56,371 nt of DNA from an uncultured Clostridia bacterium (GTDB taxonomy: Bacteria; Aerophobota; Aerophobia; Aerophobales; B3-G15), in the NCBI GenBank assembly GCA_964482715.1, contig CAYZYX010000007.1, positions 1-56,371 of the forward strand, in the 5' to 3' direction. Positions 29,548-40,176 of this stretch are shown in pieces (positions within the stretch are counted from its first letter, which is position 1; every line of letters starts with the position of its first letter). The notes below the pieces were generated by a model. It was not told the origin of the DNA and did no database searches. It worked only from the letters and a program-made list of their open reading frames with translations. Position numbers and translations under genes: made by a program.

Positions 29548-30401
29548 AGATTTCTTTCCAGAATCAGGGAAGCATACCCCACAACAGCACTGTAATCACC
29601 GGTAATATTTCCCGAAGTGGCGTATTTTAAAAGTTTTGCTTTGCCAAGACCAGAAGAACAGATAGCCTCCATGACTACCATTACAGGGCCAGGACCACAC
29701 ATGGAAAAATCATAGGCCATAAGAAGTTTATTGAGATTTCGTGGATTACCGGAAAGAATAGCTTCAATAATTTTTCTGTCTTCTTTTTCCGCAATGTGCT
29801 GAGGTTGATAATGAGTCAGGTCGGTGCTGGCTACAAGGATAAGATTGGGGTTTTCCTTTAAAAGCTCAAGTATTGCCCTGCCAATTTGAGTACTGGTAGT
29901 ATAGGTCTGCTCAGCCATACAGAGGGGAACGATTTTAAAATCTGACCCATATCCATATTGAAGAAAGGGAAGCTGAACCTCTAACGAATGTTCTCTTTCA
30001 TGAGCTTTGGCGTCATCTTCAAGAATAGAGGGAAGACTGTCTAAGAGCTGGCTGGCAACTTTAGTGTTTATCTGAACCTCACCCAGAGGAGTTTTCCAGG
30101 CACCTTCACTCATAATGGCTAAAGGAGAACCAAAACCACGGTGATTAGGTCCAAGAATTATTACCGTGTTCGGTTTTTCTCTCTTAATAAGCTCTCCAAA
30201 ACCCCAGGCTGCTACAGCACCCGAATACATATATCCGGCATGAGGATTTATCAGGCCCACAATTTTTCTTTCTCCCTGTGCTGCGGTCTCGGGCACAGTC
30301 CCCGGACCAAGTGGATGCCTGAAACACTCCTCAATCTGTCTTAAAAGAGAATCCCTGTTGCCGGCATAAAAAGTTCCGGCAACAGCCGGCTTTCTAACCA
30401 T
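29544..30401 (-). CDS. amrB: AmmeMemoRadiSam system protein B (MEMO1 family)
   Basis: RKPAVAGTFY, PHAGYMYSG, GPNH, EHSLEVQLPFLQ, STDLTHY, MCG, VVGY. Confidence 0.93.
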   Translation of the reverse strand: MVRKPAVAGTFYAGNRDSLLRQIEECFRHPLGPGTVPETAAQGERKIVGLINPHAGYMYSGAVAAWGFGELIKREKPNTVIILGPNHRGFGSPLAIMSEGAWKTPLGEVQINTKVASQLLDSLPSILEDDAKAHEREHSLEVQLPFLQYGYGSDFKIVPLCMAEQTYTTSTQIGRAILELLKENPNLILVASTDLTHYQPQHIAEKEDRKIIEAILSGNPRNLNKLLMAYDFSMCGPGPVMVVMEAICSSGLGKAKLLKYATSGNITGDYSAVVGYASLILERNL

Positions 30402-30422
30402 CGTTTATTACCCCCTTTTGTT

Positions 30423-32432
30423 CTAAAGATGTATAGCTATGAAAAGGGGTGCTAAGACAAGAGCGATTACAGACATTAACTTAATCAAAATATTAATTGA
30501 AGGACCAACTGTGTCTTTGAGTGGATCACCAACTGTGTCTCCAACGACTCCTGCTTTATGAGCATCAGAACCTTTACCCCCGAAATGTCCCTCTTCAATG
30601 TACTTCTTGGCATTATCCAGTGCCGCCCCTGTGTTAGCAGTCTGAATACCAAGTTGTAGTCCCACCACCAGAGCACCCACCAGAAATCCAGCCAAAGCCA
30701 CCGGCCCCAGGATCACTCCCACAACAATGGGAATAACTATAGCCAGCACACCAGGTAACATCATGCTTTTTAGAGCTCCTCGAGCGGCAATATCCACACA
30801 TTTAGTAGAATCAGGGTCAGCTTTTCCTTCCATTAATCCGACAATTTCTTTAAATTGTCTTCTTACCTCCCTGACAACTTCAAAGGCAATATTTCCAACT
30901 CCTCTGGCCAGCATAGAACCATAAAGATAGGGAATCATACCTCCAATAAGAAGCCCGGCAATAAGATGAGGATCAGCAAGGGAGAGAGATACTCCTGTGG
31001 TAGCCATGTAGGCGGTTATAAGTCCCAGAGCAGCGAAAGCTGCCGATCCAATAGCAAATCCCTTACCTATTGCAGCAGTGGTGTTTCCGACAGCATCCAG
31101 TTTATCAGTAATTTCTCTGACTTCTGGAGGAAGATGAGTCATCTCGGCAATTCCTCCCGCATTGTCAGCTATGGGTCCATAAGAGTCAACTGCCAGAGTT
31201 ATTCCCAGGATAGAGAGCATCCCCAGGGCTGCCATAGCTACTCCATACATCCCTGCTGTAATAAAACCAATTAAGGTTGCTCCAGCAATGACCAGCACAG
31301 GTATCATGGTAGAAAGCATACCCAGAGCAAGTCCATTAACAACTGTTACTGCTGGACCGCTCTGACAGGACCTGGCAAGTTCTCTAACGGGACGATACTT
31401 ACTGGAAGTATAGTACTCGCTGACTTTTCCTATAATCAGTCCTGCCAGCACCCCTGCAATAATAGCCCAGAAAGGTCCAAGAATTGAATAACCTTCATAG
31501 GGGGCCCCAAGGCTTCTAATTATAAAAAAAGAACCTATTATCATGGAAACTGCAGCTATATAGGTTCCTCCATTTAGAGCTGATTGAGGATCACGAGAAG
31601 AAGCTATTTTGACCCAGAACACCCCAAAAAGAGACGAGATTATCCCCCAGGAAGCAAGATAAAAGGGAAGATAAGAAAGTGTGAGCATGGCAAGTCCTGA
31701 AGCTATGGCTAAGGTGGCAATTATTGATTCAACATAAGATTCCAGCAGGTCAGCCCCAAGACCGGCAACATCTCCTACATTGTCACCCACATTGTCGGCA
31801 ATTACAGCCGGATTTCTGGGATCATCTTCAGGTATTCCAGCCTCTACTTTACCAACTAAATCCGCCCCCATATCTGCTCCTTTGGTATATATACCACCAC
31901 CAGCACGAGCGAAAAGAGCCATCAGAGAAGCCCCCATAGCATATCCGTTAATAATAATGGGTTTCCCCTTAAAAAGGAAATACACCAACACCAAACCCAA
32001 AAAAGCAACAGAAACTATACATAAACCTGTTACCGCTCCTCCAGAAAAAGAAACATTCAATGCGGCTTTCAGATCTTTTGTTGCTGCCTGCGCGGTTCTA
32101 CTGTTAGCTCTTGTTGCAATACTCATTCCTATCCATCCAGCAAGTGCAGAGCAGATAACTCCAATAACAAAAGCAACAGCGGTCATCCAGTTAACCTCTA
32201 TCCCTTTACCCAGATAGGGAGCCACAGAGATAAAAGCTGCCACCAGTATCACTACAACAGCCACAGTTTTATATTCTCTGATCAGGAAAGCTTTGGCACC
32301 TTCCTGAATCCTGCGAGAGATCTCCTGCATTAATTTATTACCAGGATCGGCCTTTAAAATCCCTCTTACCAAGAAGGCAACGGTAATTAACCCAGCTATG
32401 GAAACCACTGTAGAGATCACAAGAAACATCAT
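30423..32432 (-). CDS. hppA: Membrane-bound cation-translocating pyrophosphatase, K+-dependent type
   Basis: [32 protein letters not shown] (Ala indicates K+-dependent), [10 protein letters not shown]. Confidence 0.96.
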   Translation of the reverse strand: MMFLVISTVVSIAGLITVAFLVRGILKADPGNKLMQEISRRIQEGAKAFLIREYKTVAVVVILVAAFISVAPYLGKGIEVNWMTAVAFVIGVICSALAGWIGMSIATRANSRTAQAATKDLKAALNVSFSGGAVTGLCIVSVAFLGLVLVYFLFKGKPIIINGYAMGASLMALFARAGGGIYTKGADMGADLVGKVEAGIPEDDPRNPAVIADNVGDNVGDVAGLGADLLESYVESIIATLAIASGLAMLTLSYLPFYLASWGIISSLFGVFWVKIASSRDPQSALNGGTYIAAVSMIIGSFFIIRSLGAPYEGYSILGPFWAIIAGVLAGLIIGKVSEYYTSSKYRPVRELARSCQSGPAVTVVNGLALGMLSTMIPVLVIAGATLIGFITAGMYGVAMAALGMLSILGITLAVDSYGPIADNAGGIAEMTHLPPEVREITDKLDAVGNTTAAIGKGFAIGSAAFAALGLITAYMATTGVSLSLADPHLIAGLLIGGMIPYLYGSMLARGVGNIAFEVVREVRRQFKEIVGLMEGKADPDSTKCVDIAARGALKSMMLPGVLAIVIPIVVGVILGPVALAGFLVGALVVGLQLGIQTANTGAALDNAKKYIEEGHFGGKGSDAHKAGVVGDTVGDPLKDTVGPSINILIKLMSVIALVLAPLFIAIHL

Positions 32433-32441
32433 TAACCCCCT

Positions 32442-32999
32442 TTAGTTGTACTGGCTCATGGCTTTTTCTATTCCCTGTAAAATAATTGCTTCAACTGCTT
32501 TTGTTGCCGTTAAAATAACAGATTTTATTACTTCCCACTCTTCTTGAGTAAATTCCTGAAGAACATATTCTCTCAACTCAATCTCCGGAGGAGGACGGTC
32601 AATTCCTATCCTGAGACGGGGAAACTGATCACTTTTTAAAGCTTCCATCACCGATCTTACCCCCAAATGCCCTGCGTCTCCTCCACTTCGGACAATTTTT
32701 ATCCTTCCCAATTTAAGGTCTGCATCGTCATTTATCACCAGAAAATTCCGGGGGTCAAGTTTAAACTTATCCTGAATCTCCCTGACAGCCATTCCGGAAA
32801 GATTCATAAAAGTAAGAGGCTTTACCAGCAGGACCTCTTCATTTCCAATCTTTATTTTTCCCGTCAAAGATCGACACTCATAGGTGTTAATCTCTCGTCC
32901 ATATTTTTTTGCCAGAGCATCTGCAACCAGGTAGCCCACATTATGACGGGTTCGGACAAACCTTTCTCCTGGATTGCCCAGAGCAAACACAATCTTCAT
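32442..32999 (-). CDS. pth: Peptidyl-tRNA hydrolase
   Basis: LGNPG, TRHNVG, KPLTFMNLSG, RLRIGI. Confidence 0.96.
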   Translation of the reverse strand: MKIVFALGNPGERFVRTRHNVGYLVADALAKKYGREINTYECRSLTGKIKIGNEEVLLVKPLTFMNLSGMAVREIQDKFKLDPRNFLVINDDADLKLGRIKIVRSGGDAGHLGVRSVMEALKSDQFPRLRIGIDRPPPEIELREYVLQEFTQEEWEVIKSVILTATKAVEAIILQGIEKAMSQYN

Positions 33000-33697
33000 C
33001 CTTCCTTCTTTTTCTCTGAGGCCTCTTCCCTTTTCTCCTCTACTTCCTCTTTCTTCTCCTTCTTAACCACCTCCACTTCTTCGCTAACAACACCTTTTTC
33101 CTCTTCCAGTTTCTCCAGTTCTTCTTCGGATACAGGAGAAAGTATTGTTACTATAACTTCTTCAGGGTGGGTAAGAACTTTAATACCGGGCGGGAGTTTT
33201 AAATCCTTCACATGGAGGGAATCTCCAATATCAAGTTCTCTTAGATCCACATCTATATGGGGAGGAATATTCTCTGGTAAACACTCTATTTCAATTTCTC
33301 TCACCATCTGTTCAACTATCCCACCCTTCTTTGCTCCTGGCGCTTCACCTACAAGACGTAAAGGAACCTCGGTAGAAATCTTCTCTCCTCTCTTAATCTC
33401 ATAAAAATCAACATGCAGAAGTTCCCCCTTCAACCAGCTAAATTGAGAGTCTTTAATTATGGCTTCCTTTTCATTATCCTTCTCTTTATTTAAAAACTTA
33501 AGAGTAATGATCCGCTCACCTTCAGCAAGAGTTGAAAGAAGTTCTCTCAACTTAGAAACTTCTATCTCAAGTGGAATTCCTCCTTTTAAGTGCGAACCGT
33601 AAAGTACAGCCGGAATAAAACCTTTTCTTCTCAGTTTTTTTGCATATCCCTTTCCAGTTTTATTTCTAATTTTGACTGGTAATTCAGGTCTTGCCAT
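32996..33697 (-). CDS. rplY: 50S ribosomal protein L25/Ctc
   Basis: LRRKGFIPAVLYG, HVDF, acidic tail; prs-rplY-pth synteny. Confidence 0.95.
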   Translation of the reverse strand: MARPELPVKIRNKTGKGYAKKLRRKGFIPAVLYGSHLKGGIPLEIEVSKLRELLSTLAEGERIITLKFLNKEKDNEKEAIIKDSQFSWLKGELLHVDFYEIKRGEKISTEVPLRLVGEAPGAKKGGIVEQMVREIEIECLPENIPPHIDVDLRELDIGDSLHVKDLKLPPGIKVLTHPEEVIVTILSPVSEEELEKLEEEKGVVSEEVEVVKKEKKEEVEEKREEASEKKKEG

Positions 33698-33710
33698 TTT
33701 TTCCCCCTTG

Positions 33711-34658
33711 TTATGGTAAAAAGAGTGAGCTGACAGATCTATTCTGGTGAATACGTTTTATGGCCTCACCTAAAAGAGAGGCAACTGATAGAACCTTAAT
33801 TTTATTACGAGGTCCCTTAAAGTCAAGAGGGATGGTATCAGTAACAACCAGCTCCTCAATTGGTGAATTTTCAATTCTTTCACATGTGTTTCCTGATAAA
33901 ACCGGGTGAGTGCAGGCAGCATATATTTTTCTGGCACCTTTTTCTACCAAAATTTCGGCTGCTGCCATTAAAGTCCCCCCTGTATCAACCATATCGTCAA
34001 CAATGAGTACCTCTTTTCCTTCTACTTCACCAACAATATGAGTAACCTCAGCTTCTCCTGCAATTGATCTTCTCTTGTCAACTATGGCGAGAGGAGCCTT
34101 AAGCCTCTTCGCATAGGCTCTTGCCCTTCTTAAGCCACCAACGTCGGGAGAGAGAACCACAAGGTTCCTGATCCTTTTCTTCATAAAATACTCTATGATC
34201 ACCGGTGCAGCAAAAAGGTGATCGACCTTTATATCAAAAAATCCCTGTATCTGATCCACATGCAAATCCAGAGTTAATACCCGGTCAGCTCCAGCTGTAG
34301 TTATCAAATTGGCAACAAGCTTTGCTGTAATAGGAACTCGCGGTTGATCTTTTCGGTCCTGACGTGCATAGCCGTAATAGGGTATAACTGCGGTTATCCT
34401 TTGTGCTGATGCTCTCTGACAGGCATCTATCATTATTAAAAGTTCCATAAGATTCTCATTAGCTGGAGGACTTGTGGGCTGGACGAGGAAAACATCCCGA
34501 CCTCTTACATTTTCGTTGATCTTGACATAAGTCTCCCCATCACTAAAAGACTTTATTTCCATTTTTCCCAGTGATATTCCAAGGTGCTCGGCAATTCTGT
34601 TGGCTAACTGAGGATTGGCTCGACCGGTAAAGACTTTTAATTGCTCATCCAGACTCAT
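33711..34658 (-). CDS. prs: Ribose-phosphate pyrophosphokinase
   Basis: FSDGE, PYYGYARQDRK, DLH, VDDMVDTGGT. Confidence 0.97.
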   Translation of the reverse strand: MSLDEQLKVFTGRANPQLANRIAEHLGISLGKMEIKSFSDGETYVKINENVRGRDVFLVQPTSPPANENLMELLIMIDACQRASAQRITAVIPYYGYARQDRKDQPRVPITAKLVANLITTAGADRVLTLDLHVDQIQGFFDIKVDHLFAAPVIIEYFMKKRIRNLVVLSPDVGGLRRARAYAKRLKAPLAIVDKRRSIAGEAEVTHIVGEVEGKEVLIVDDMVDTGGTLMAAAEILVEKGARKIYAACTHPVLSGNTCERIENSPIEELVVTDTIPLDFKGPRNKIKVLSVASLLGEAIKRIHQNRSVSSLFLP

Positions 34659-34675
34659 TTTTGACCTCCTGAAAT

Positions 34676-34703
34676 ATTATAGAATGGAGCAACCAAATGT
34701 CAA
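34676..34703 (-). promoter_or_regulatory. sigma70 promoter of the prs operon
   Basis: TTGACA-16-TATAAT. Confidence 0.7.
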
Positions 34704-34817
34704 ACAAAAAGAGAAAAGATAAAATCTCTTTATGTAGCAATAAGATCGCAAAGCAAAATCTCGTGAAAAAACAAAATTTAGAGACATCAGGATAAAAAGA
34801 TTGACTTCATCTTCATT

Positions 34818-36695
34818 TTACCCAAATCTGGCTGGGGGGATATAATCTCCGTATTTATGTTGAGCTTTCTTAAGTCTTTCTCGTTGCTCTTCCAGTACTT
34901 CAAACAGTATATCCGGTGTCCCTGAAATTTCTGTATAAATATCCACTATTCTCTGAATTTTATCCAGATTTTCAGGCACTCTCAGGGTAAACTGTTTAAT
35001 ATAATCGTTCTCTTTGTATTCCCTGTTAAGCACTTTTTCAAACAGTATCTTAAGATCTTCGTATCTTGGCACAAATCCAGTTGGCGTCTTGATTGCCTCA
35101 ACTTCATCATTTACACGAAGCTCCATCCATTTAAGCCAAACTCTCTTATCGGCTATATCGTTAAGATAACTTCCCTGAGAATCTTTTAAAAAGTAATTTA
35201 CAGAAAAAATCCGAGGAGGTCTGGTTAAAGAAGCACCAAATCTTAGATTATTCTCAATATATTTATCTATGGGAATGGAAAGAAAATCAATGTTAGACAT
35301 AGGGTTAAATTTTCTTATACCCTCCTTACCCAGAGTTGCTGGTGTTGTCTCAGACTCTAAGGAAGCACCTTTGGTAACTATACCATGAATCCAATCAAAG
35401 GCTTCTTCTACGGGGACCCAGGTATCAGAATCTCTTCCTCCGTAAATTATTCCACTTAAAACCACACCTTCGGGATCGTCAAGTCTGGGGTCCACATTAT
35501 CCAGAATTTTTAGCTCCAAGGTAAAACGTGCATTGGGATGGGATGGTGGTATTTCCCTTCCGTCAGAATCTTTTTTCCCGGGCCACCATTCACCTGAATG
35601 ATTATATCCTCTGGTAGGCACATTTTGATCTTTCCCAATCCAGTAAACATCACCCTTTTCAGTGACAAGGACATTAGAAAATATAATTTCACCAGGTGAA
35701 GTTAAAGCTTTCCACAATATGGGATCATCCTTAGAATTTATTCCCTGGATAATACCAAATATACCCTTCTCAACATTAACAGCTCTTATTTTTCCATCTT
35801 TTTTTCTTAAATAGGCTATATCGTCCCCCACAATGGTTTCACCCGGAATCATGGAAGTAGAGGTTTTCCCACACAAAGACGGGAATGCACCAGCAAAATA
35901 ACTTACCCTACCTTTTGGGCCATGCACCCCCATTATAAACATGTGTTCGGTAAGCCAACCTTCGCTGGAAGCAAGATTAATGGCAAGCCGCATGGCCAGT
36001 TTCTTAAGTCCAATAGTATTCCCTCCATACTGTGTGTTGGCACTATAAACAGTGTTATCCTGCGTGTCTATGTAGACTCTCCGTTTATCGATATTTTTAC
36101 TGGTGTTTTTATCATCAAGTTCTCCCTGAGAATGAACGAATTTGAAAAATCTGTCAGAATCTCCCAATCTTATAAATTCCTCGTATCCCTGCCGATAAAG
36201 CAGGTTCTCAGAATGAGCCACATATGCAGAATCGGTAAGCTGAACACAGGGAATGGAAAATTCAGAATTTTTCGGTCCCAGACAGAAAAAAAGAACATAA
36301 AGTGTATGACCTTTCATAATGTCCTTTAAAATGGCGTGAATCTCTCTTAGTCCCCTTTCTCTTTCCATGACATTTATCCCGGGCCCAAGATTTACACCTT
36401 CAGGGAAGAGAATTTTTGTGTTTTCCCTGTCTCTTGCCTGATCATAATATCCATCAAAATGTGCTGTATGACCCGGTATAGCAAGCTCTCTTTCCTCTCC
36501 CGTTTTCTTGGCCATTTCTCTTATATAATTTAGATCCTCATAAGACCCTGTAGAAACGAAAACTCTGTCTGGATTACAAAGTTGCACGTATTTGTAAATA
36601 AATTGGTGAAGTTTAGGGTTGGGTATTTTTTTTAATCTCTGGTAACCTTCTTTTACAAATTTCCACTTCAGGTTCTCTTCTACTTTTATGTCCAT
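34818..36695 (-). CDS. pckG: Phosphoenolpyruvate carboxykinase (GTP), archaeal-like
   Basis: YGGNTIGLKK, WLTEHM, AFPSLCGKT, VGDDIA, HPNARF, YGGRD. Confidence 0.93.
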   Translation of the reverse strand: MDIKVEENLKWKFVKEGYQRLKKIPNPKLHQFIYKYVQLCNPDRVFVSTGSYEDLNYIREMAKKTGEERELAIPGHTAHFDGYYDQARDRENTKILFPEGVNLGPGINVMERERGLREIHAILKDIMKGHTLYVLFFCLGPKNSEFSIPCVQLTDSAYVAHSENLLYRQGYEEFIRLGDSDRFFKFVHSQGELDDKNTSKNIDKRRVYIDTQDNTVYSANTQYGGNTIGLKKLAMRLAINLASSEGWLTEHMFIMGVHGPKGRVSYFAGAFPSLCGKTSTSMIPGETIVGDDIAYLRKKDGKIRAVNVEKGIFGIIQGINSKDDPILWKALTSPGEIIFSNVLVTEKGDVYWIGKDQNVPTRGYNHSGEWWPGKKDSDGREIPPSHPNARFTLELKILDNVDPRLDDPEGVVLSGIIYGGRDSDTWVPVEEAFDWIHGIVTKGASLESETTPATLGKEGIRKFNPMSNIDFLSIPIDKYIENNLRFGASLTRPPRIFSVNYFLKDSQGSYLNDIADKRVWLKWMELRVNDEVEAIKTPTGFVPRYEDLKILFEKVLNREYKENDYIKQFTLRVPENLDKIQRIVDIYTEISGTPDILFEVLEEQRERLKKAQHKYGDYIPPARFG

Positions 36696-36742
36696 ACTTC
36701 TCTCCCTTTTTATCTTATTTCTTATTGTCCCTGTGCTTGGTT

Positions 36743-36770
36743 ATTATAAAGATTATTCACTATCTGTCAA
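36743..36770 (-). promoter_or_regulatory. sigma70 promoter of pckG
   Basis: TTGACA-16-TATAAT. Confidence 0.7.
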
Positions 36771-36781
36771 AATGGATGGTC

Positions 36782-36845
36782 CTGGCAATTAGGACAGTTT
36801 TTACCTATACCTTTCTCTTCATGAGAAAAACTGTCCTAATTTCAT
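36782..36845. mobile_element. Mini copy of the MITE family
   Basis: Perfect inverted repeat AATTAGGACAGTTTTT / AAAAACTGTCCTAATT; the first ~37 nt match the reverse complement of the 54175-54212 end. Confidence 0.65.
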
Positions 36846-36853
36846 GAAACGGT

Positions 36854-36912
36854 CTGGAGTTGGATAGTTTTACTCAATATAATAAAGACCCTCGGAAGGA
36901 ATAGATTCTGAG
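36854..36912. repeat. Degenerate left end of the MITE family
   Basis: CTGGAGTTGGATAGTTTTACTCAATATAATAAAGACCCTCGG resembles 9018-9058; CTCGGAA/TTCTGAG stem retained. Confidence 0.4.
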
Positions 36913-36928
36913 AAATTTTTAATTCAGG

Positions 36929-37294
36929 TTAGAAAGTAGCTTCAAAGGCGTTTTTTATAATCTGAATATCTTCTATTTTCTCCCCGTCCATCTTAATACT
37001 TACTACATCGAAGCGAGAGGGAAAATTTTGAAGATTGCGAATGGAAAGGTAAAAAAGGGCTAATCTGGTAAGACGTTTCTTTTTAAAATAATCCAGAGAT
37101 TCTTCAGGGCTACCAAAGTCCAGACTTTGACGGGTTTTAACCTCTACAAACACAATTTCTCCGTGATCCTCAGCTACTATATCTATCTCTCCTAACCGAC
37201 AGCGGAAATTCCTGTCCCTGATACGGTATCCCTTCTTTTTCAAAAAAATACAGGCTGCTTCCTCACCCTTTTGACCTAAAACTTTTGACTCCAT
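36929..37294 (-). CDS. yraN: YraN-family (UPF0102) protein
   Basis: G..GE..A..FL, GEIDIVA, VFVEVKTR, RFDVV. Confidence 0.95.
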   Translation of the reverse strand: MESKVLGQKGEEAACIFLKKKGYRIRDRNFRCRLGEIDIVAEDHGEIVFVEVKTRQSLDFGSPEESLDYFKKKRLTRLALFYLSIRNLQNFPSRFDVVSIKMDGEKIEDIQIIKNAFEATF

Positions 37295-37869
37295 AACAAG
37301 ACTTGCTCTTCAACAAATTTTACCACAGGCCTTTTCAGAATTCTTATCCGCCATGGGGGCCAGTAAATCAAGAACGCCCTTCCCACTATGTTTTTCTCTG
37401 GAACATAGCCCCAGTATCTGCTATCCTCACTTGAATCTCTGTTATCTCCCAGAACAAAAAGGGAATTGGGTGGAACCTTAACCGGTCCATACTCATCACG
37501 AGGAAAACCGATATCCCAGTTGTCTCTATGAACAACGTAGGGTTCTACGAGTTTTTTCCCGTTAATATAAACTTTCTTGTCGATTATCTCTACGGTATCT
37601 CCAGGAAGACCAATAACTCTTTTGATAAAATCCTTTTTGGGGTTAAGGGGAAATTTAAAAACAATAATATCCCCTCTTTGCACATGATTCAATCCATAAA
37701 AAATCTTGTAGGCCATTATTCTATCACCTACAAGAAGAGTTGGTTCCATAGAGCCCGAGGGAATATAAAAAGTTTGAACAATAAATGTTCTGATTAAAAA
37801 AGCAAGCACCAGCGCAACAGCAACCGTTTCAACAAGTTCCCGAATCCAGTTGAGGGTTTTCTTTTTCAT
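37276..37869 (-). CDS. lepB: Signal peptidase I
   Basis: [30 protein letters not shown]. Confidence 0.96.
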   Translation of the reverse strand: MKKKTLNWIRELVETVAVALVLAFLIRTFIVQTFYIPSGSMEPTLLVGDRIMAYKIFYGLNHVQRGDIIVFKFPLNPKKDFIKRVIGLPGDTVEIIDKKVYINGKKLVEPYVVHRDNWDIGFPRDEYGPVKVPPNSLFVLGDNRDSSEDSRYWGYVPEKNIVGRAFLIYWPPWRIRILKRPVVKFVEEQVLLWSQKF

Positions 37870-38186
37870 TTACCTGTTCGATTCCTCAGATACGACAGGT
37901 AGGCCCTCCTCGCTTTCCCTTTCTTTAAGACCTCTATTTTCTTTATTAAAGGAGAGTGAAGAGGAAAAGTCCTTTCTACACCAATTCCAAAAGACACTTT
38001 TCTAACCGTGAAAGTTTCTCTGATTCCACCACCCCTTCTTCTTATAACCACACCTTCAAAAACCTGAATTCTTTCCCTTTCACCTTCCTTAATAATAAAA
38101 TGAACCGCTACCACATCTCCCGGATCAAAATCCGGAATATCTTTTCTTAAAAATTTTTGTTCTATACTCTTTATTTCATTGCGCAT
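37866..38186 (-). CDS. rplS: 50S ribosomal protein L19
   Basis: [28 protein letters not shown]. Confidence 0.98.
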   Translation of the reverse strand: MRNEIKSIEQKFLRKDIPDFDPGDVVAVHFIIKEGERERIQVFEGVVIRRRGGGIRETFTVRKVSFGIGVERTFPLHSPLIKKIEVLKKGKARRAYLSYLRNRTGK

Positions 38187-38206
38187 GGATTTATCCTCTC
38201 CTCACA

Positions 38207-38947
38207 CTATTTTTGAATTTGCCTTTTTATTTCTTCCAGAAGTTTTCTCTCCTCTGAGGTGAGTTTGGTTTTCTCCAGAAGGTCGGGACGTCTGAGGAGT
38301 GTTTTTTCAAGCATTTTTCTTTTTCTCCACTCCCGAATCTTCTGGTGATTGCCGGATCGTAAAACCTCTGGCACTTCCCAGTTTAAAAATTTAGCAGGAC
38401 GGGTGTACTGAGGATAATCGAGAAGACCTCTATAAAAAGAGTTCTCCCTAATAGATCGCTCATCACCTACCGCCCCTGGAAGGAGCCTAACCACTGCATC
38501 AACTATTACCATTGCTGCTATTTCTCCTCCACTTAAGACATAATCCCCAATAGATATTTCCTCATCCACAAGGTATTCTCGAACCCTTTCATCAACTCCT
38601 TCGTAACGCCCACAGATTAAGATCAGGTTTTTCTCTTTTACAAGCTGGAAAGCCAGCTTTTGGGAAAAAGTTTTTCCCTGAGGTGAAAGAAGGATTACCC
38701 TGGCTTTCTCTCCCACCTCAGCTTTTATATGGGAAATAGCTTTATAGATTGGCTCCACCTTCATAACCATTCCAGCTCCTCCTCCGAAAGGGACATCATC
38801 TACCGTTCTGTGACGGTCAGTAGTGAAGTCTCTCAGATTATGAAGGTGGATCTCAATAAGTCCATTTTGTTGAGCCCTTTTGATTATGGTTTCTTCAAAA
38901 GGGCTCTTAAACATAGAGGGGAACAGGGTAATGATGTCAACCCGCAT
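38207..38947 (-). CDS. trmD: tRNA (guanine37-N1)-methyltransferase
   Basis: [39 protein letters not shown]. Confidence 0.98.
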   Translation of the reverse strand: MRVDIITLFPSMFKSPFEETIIKRAQQNGLIEIHLHNLRDFTTDRHRTVDDVPFGGGAGMVMKVEPIYKAISHIKAEVGEKARVILLSPQGKTFSQKLAFQLVKEKNLILICGRYEGVDERVREYLVDEEISIGDYVLSGGEIAAMVIVDAVVRLLPGAVGDERSIRENSFYRGLLDYPQYTRPAKFLNWEVPEVLRSGNHQKIREWRKRKMLEKTLLRRPDLLEKTKLTSEERKLLEEIKRQIQK

Positions 38948-38948
38948 A

Positions 38949-39182
38949 TTATTCTTCTAAAATCTCTACCATTACCCTTTTTCTCATTTTGGCGGCTGCT
39001 GCTCCTACTATTGTTCTTAAAGCATTAGCAACCCTTCCACCCTTTCCTATGACTTTACCCATGTCTTCTTTAGCCACAGAGATTTCCAGAAGTATCACCT
39101 TTTCCGCCTTTATCTCCTGAACCTCTACCTCGTCCGGGTTGTCCACGATCTGCTTAATGATATACTCCACTAACTCACGCAT
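38949..39182 (-). CDS. khpA: KH-domain RNA-binding protein KhpA
   Basis: [11 protein letters not shown]; lies between rpsP and trmD. Confidence 0.93.
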   Translation of the reverse strand: MRELVEYIIKQIVDNPDEVEVQEIKAEKVILLEISVAKEDMGKVIGKGGRVANALRTIVGAAAAKMRKRVMVEILEE

Positions 39183-39236
39183 ACTCTTACCTCCTTTATT
39201 GAACCGAAATTGAACATGAATTGACCTTTATCCCCT

Positions 39237-39494
39237 CTATAATTCGGATAACTCCTTTTTTGAAAATATAGAATAGTTAACCAACAGTTTTTCCACAGAA
39301 TCAGATAACTTGGCACCCTTTTTTATCCACTCAACAATTTTGTTTTTGTCTGCTTGAACTTTTTTTGCCCGTGGATCATACCATCCAACACTTTCTATAA
39401 ACTTCCCCTTTACCGGTGAACGGGAATCAGCTACCACAATTCTATAAAAAGGAAGCTTATTTGCTCCCATTCTCCTCAAACGGATGCGAACCAC
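39237..39494 (-). CDS. rpsP: 30S ribosomal protein S16
   Basis: VRIRLRRMG, PFYRIVVADSR, GWYDP; GTG start at 39494 after AGGAGG. Confidence 0.96.
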   Translation of the reverse strand: MVRIRLRRMGANKLPFYRIVVADSRSPVKGKFIESVGWYDPRAKKVQADKNKIVEWIKKGAKLSDSVEKLLVNYSIFSKKELSEL

Positions 39495-40176
39495 CTGTAT
39501 CCTCCTTTCTACCTTCAATTTTGCTCTTAAGATTGATAATCGCCTTCCGAGGATCGGTATTCCCGAATATTGAGGTTCCCATTATTAAGATACTGGCACC
39601 TTTTTCTATCACCTGAAAAGCTGTATTTTCGTTTATCCCTCCATCCACAGCGATGTCTAAGTTTAAATTTTTTTTCTCAATTATGGCATGCATGGTCTGG
39701 ATTTTAGGTAAGACTTCTGGAATAAAGCTTTGAGCACCAAAACCTGGATTTACAGTCATCAGCAGAACAGTATCCAGCTTAGAAAGAACATAATCGAGAA
39801 AACAAACCGGAGTAGCTGGATTTAAAGCAACTCCTGATTTCATCCCGTTTGATTTGATAAGACCGACCACTCTATCCAGGTGAACTGCCGCTTCCACATG
39901 AATGGTGAGAGATTCACATCCAATTTCTCTGAAAGGCTCAATCCACCTTTCCGGGTATTCCACCATGAGATGGACATCAAAAGGTAGATGTACCTCCTTT
40001 TTCAATAATCTAAGAACCTCTGGCCCAAAAGTGATATTGGGTACAAAGTGTCCATCCATTATATCAATATGGAGAAGATCCGCCTCTTCCTCTATCTTTT
40101 TTATCTCCTCCAGCAGACAGCTAAAATCTGCAGCAAGTATAGAAGGAGCGATTTTTATTTTACCCATACCCTGCAT
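39457..40176 (-). CDS. rpe: Ribulose-phosphate 3-epimerase
   Basis: APSILAADF, HIDIMDGHFVPN, MTVNPGFG, VDGG. Confidence 0.97.
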   Translation of the reverse strand: MQGMGKIKIAPSILAADFSCLLEEIKKIEEEADLLHIDIMDGHFVPNITFGPEVLRLLKKEVHLPFDVHLMVEYPERWIEPFREIGCESLTIHVEAAVHLDRVVGLIKSNGMKSGVALNPATPVCFLDYVLSKLDTVLLMTVNPGFGAQSFIPEVLPKIQTMHAIIEKKNLNLDIAVDGGINENTAFQVIEKGASILIMGTSIFGNTDPRKAIINLKSKIEGRKEDTGGSHPFEENGSK

